Positions 1-734 of a DNA stretch of 734 nucleotides are shown here, piece by piece. The DNA comes from Candidatus Hydrogenedens sp. GTDB lineage: Bacteria; Hydrogenedentota; Hydrogenedentia; Hydrogenedentales; Hydrogenedentaceae. A program made the position numbers and the translations under genes. The stretch lies in assembly GCA_049968235.1 (NCBI GenBank), contig JBMFRC010000051.1, positions 1 to 734 of the forward strand, read 5' to 3'. Every line of letters begins with the position of its first letter. The stretch's first letter is position 1. Under the pieces are notes generated by a model that made no database searches, was not told where the DNA came from, and worked only from the letters and a program-made list of their open reading frames with translations.

Positions 1-87
1 ATGAATGACCAAAACTAATATTCACTTTGCCAATGTATTGTTGATGTATAAAATAATTAAAATTAAAAGATTTTTTAACGACTAAAT

Positions 88-153
88 AATGACTGATGGG
101 CTATTGCATTTATTTTTTGGCGTTGGTTTTAACTCCACTTCTAAATTTTTTTT
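88..153 (+). repeat. Degenerate 3'-terminal fragment of a second, upstream DINE-1-like copy that abuts the 5' end of the main element (tandem/nested arrangement).
   Basis: Positions 88-105 'aatgactgatgggctatt' are near-identical to the main element's 3' subterminal block 697-713 'aatgaatgatgggtatt'. Further down, 'cgttggttttaac' (121-133) parallels 'tgtcggttttgac' (718-730), the stem-loop region, though the stem has decayed here. The fragment ends in a poly-T tract at 146-153/154. Confidence 0.35.
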
Positions 154-154
154 T
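146..154 (+). repeat. Homopolymer T9 tract at the junction between the upstream repeat fragment and the 5' 'TATACCC' terminus of the main element.
   Basis: Read directly from the sequence. T-rich target sites or terminal tails are typical at DINE-1/Helitron insertion boundaries. Confidence 0.7.
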
Positions 155-284
155 ATACCCATCGGTCATAGACTGGGGGTATTATGGGTTTGTGTAAAAA
201 TGTAATGCATTGAAATAATCATTTCCGACTATAGGTTTCTTTGAGACATATTTATAGAATCGGAAATAAAGGCGATTGAGCGAA

Positions 285-311
285 GTCGGTCTGTCCGTCC
301 GTCTGTCTGTT
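285..311 (+). repeat. Imperfect tetranucleotide microsatellite (GTCY)n, about 6.5 units: gtcg gtct gtcc gtcc gtct gtct gtt.
   Basis: Read directly from the sequence. Its position corresponds to the central GTCCGTCT microsatellite region characteristic of DINE-1 elements. Confidence 0.8.
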
Positions 312-531
312 AGTGCTATAACTTGAGTTATTTTTGAGCTAGAAAAATGAAATTTGGTTTTTGGACGTATTTTGTAAAAAGTGAGATGAAGTTTCTGAAT
401 GGGCAAAACTTAACTTCGGGTACCTCCCCTAGACCAAGCCTTCCAGAATTTATTAAAACCGTGGTAATTGCCACATATTTTGATATTGTAAGTTCAAATT
501 TTGTTCAAACGATACAATTCATTATTTCTAA

Positions 532-588
532 GAACCCCCAAAAAATGGGCGTAATCGGTCCAAAATTTCCAGAACCCCTCATGAACCC
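532..588 (+). repeat. Three dispersed copies of the hexamer GAACCC (532-537, 572-577, 583-588) within a C-rich block.
   Basis: Read directly from the sequence. The block may correspond to the reiterated 'GCCCAC/CGCCCA' block of the melanogaster INE-1 consensus, but its order relative to the 'CCACATATTTTGATATT' block is different here. Confidence 0.4.
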
Positions 589-718
589 ATCATAACAGAA
601 AAGACGAAATTTCGATGTTTTTACGACGTTTTTAAAATACTTGCAATTAATATTTCGTATTTAAATTTTATTCGGTACTCTTCCCTATGCCGATTGAATG
701 AATGATGGGTATTATGTT

Positions 719-734
719 GTCGGTTTTGACCGAC
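719..734 (+). other. The short hairpin 3' subterminal stem-loop of the DINE-1-like element: 5-bp stem gtcgg/ccgac with 6-nt loop ttttga.
   Basis: gtcgg (719-723) is the exact reverse complement of ccgac (730-734). Helitrons and DINE-1 carry such a structure 10-20 bp before the 3' end, and its position here is the expected one. The true 3' terminus should lie ~15-25 bp beyond the window. Confidence 0.5.

Larger units (their letters stand above)
154..734 (+). mobile_element. DINE-1/INE-1-like Helitron-derived non-autonomous element. It is 3'-truncated by the window edge and diverged from the D. melanogaster consensus, so it is probably from a non-melanogaster drosophilid or related dipteran.
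   Basis: The blocks below match, in order and orientation, my recollection of the INE-1 consensus (not checked by search):
- a 5' 'TATACCC' terminus at 154-160;
- 'GGGTATTATG' at 177-186 (cf. consensus 'GAGGGTATAATGA');
- 'CATTTCCGACTATAGG' at ~220-236 (cf. 'CGTTTCCGACCCCATAAAG');
- a (GTCY)n tract at 285-311 (cf. 'GTCCGTCTGTCCGTCTGTCCG');
- 'GCTATAACTTGAGTTATTTTTGAGCTAGAAAAATGA' at 314-349 (cf. 'GAACTATAAAAGCTAGAAGGTTGAGATTAAGC');
- 'GCCACATATTTTGATATT' at 471-488 (cf. 'CCACACTTTTGA...TTTTGATATT');
- a 3' subterminal 'GGGTATTATGTTGTCGGTTTTGACCGAC' at 707-734 (cf. 'GGGTATCTGATAGTCGGGGAACTCGAC') ending in a stem-loop.
The span within the window (~580 bp) fits a ~600 bp element. Confidence 0.6.

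Noticed and set aside
1-18. ATG at position 1 (atgaatgaccaaaactaa) as a possible gene start
   Set aside because: It reaches a stop codon after 5 codons (MNDQN*), so it is not a gene.
50-82. AT-rich direct repeats 'aattaaaattaaaa' and the similarity of 'gattttttaacgac' (69-82) to 'gatgtttttacgacg' (620-634)
   Set aside because: These are low-complexity AT-rich matches and their order is not colinear with the element's 3' region. They may be part of the decayed upstream copy, but the evidence is too weak to annotate beyond the 88-153 fragment.
182-406. 74-aa - strand ORF (MPIQKLHLTFYKIRPKTKFHFSSS...) as a candidate CDS
   Set aside because: The reasons are the same as for the 82-aa ORF. It runs through the (GTCY)n microsatellite (read as RTDRPTS on the minus strand), which would be an odd place for a genuine coding sequence.
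347-595. 82-aa + strand ORF (MKFGFWTYFVKSEMKFLNGQ...) as a candidate CDS
   Set aside because: It sits inside a non-autonomous transposon-like repeat and has a low-complexity composition. It has no recognisable domain and no convincing upstream regulatory context. Its ATG at 347 falls within a block homologous to the DINE-1 consensus, so the ORF is most simply a chance reading frame.
640-672. Small AT palindromes such as atttaaat (~661-668) as possible regulatory sites or TIRs
   Set aside because: Short AT-only palindromes are expected by chance in sequence that is roughly 70% AT, and they have no partner at the other end of the element.
1-734. Possibility of a prokaryotic defence or accessory system, as suggested by the task framing
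   Set aside because: No ORF exceeds 82 aa, and there are no ribosome-binding-site/operon patterns or CRISPR-like regular repeats. The composition and repeat architecture are characteristic of a eukaryotic (insect) interspersed repeat.

Overview
The window is AT-rich and non-coding. It looks eukaryotic, most like a Drosophila-type genome, and I see no credible prokaryotic genes, RNA genes, CRISPR arrays or operon structure. I do not think it holds a novel biological system. From memory of the D. melanogaster INE-1/DINE-1 consensus (no search was run), positions ~154-734 look like a diverged DINE-1-family Helitron-derived non-autonomous element that runs off the 3' edge of the window. The support for that call:
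- a 5' 'TATACCC...GGGTATTATG' subterminal block;
- a 'TTTCCGAC...' block;
- a central (GTCY)n 'GTCCGTCTGTC' microsatellite;
- a 'CTATAA..GAGCTAGAA' block;
- a 'CCACATATTTTGATATT' block;
- a 3' subterminal 'GGGTATTATG...GTCGG-loop-CCGAC' hairpin.
Positions 88-153 resemble the 3' end of a second, degraded copy, which suggests a tandem or nested DINE-1 arrangement joined by a poly-T tract. The two ORFs on the track (74 aa and 82 aa, overlapping antisense) lie inside the repeat and are most likely spurious.
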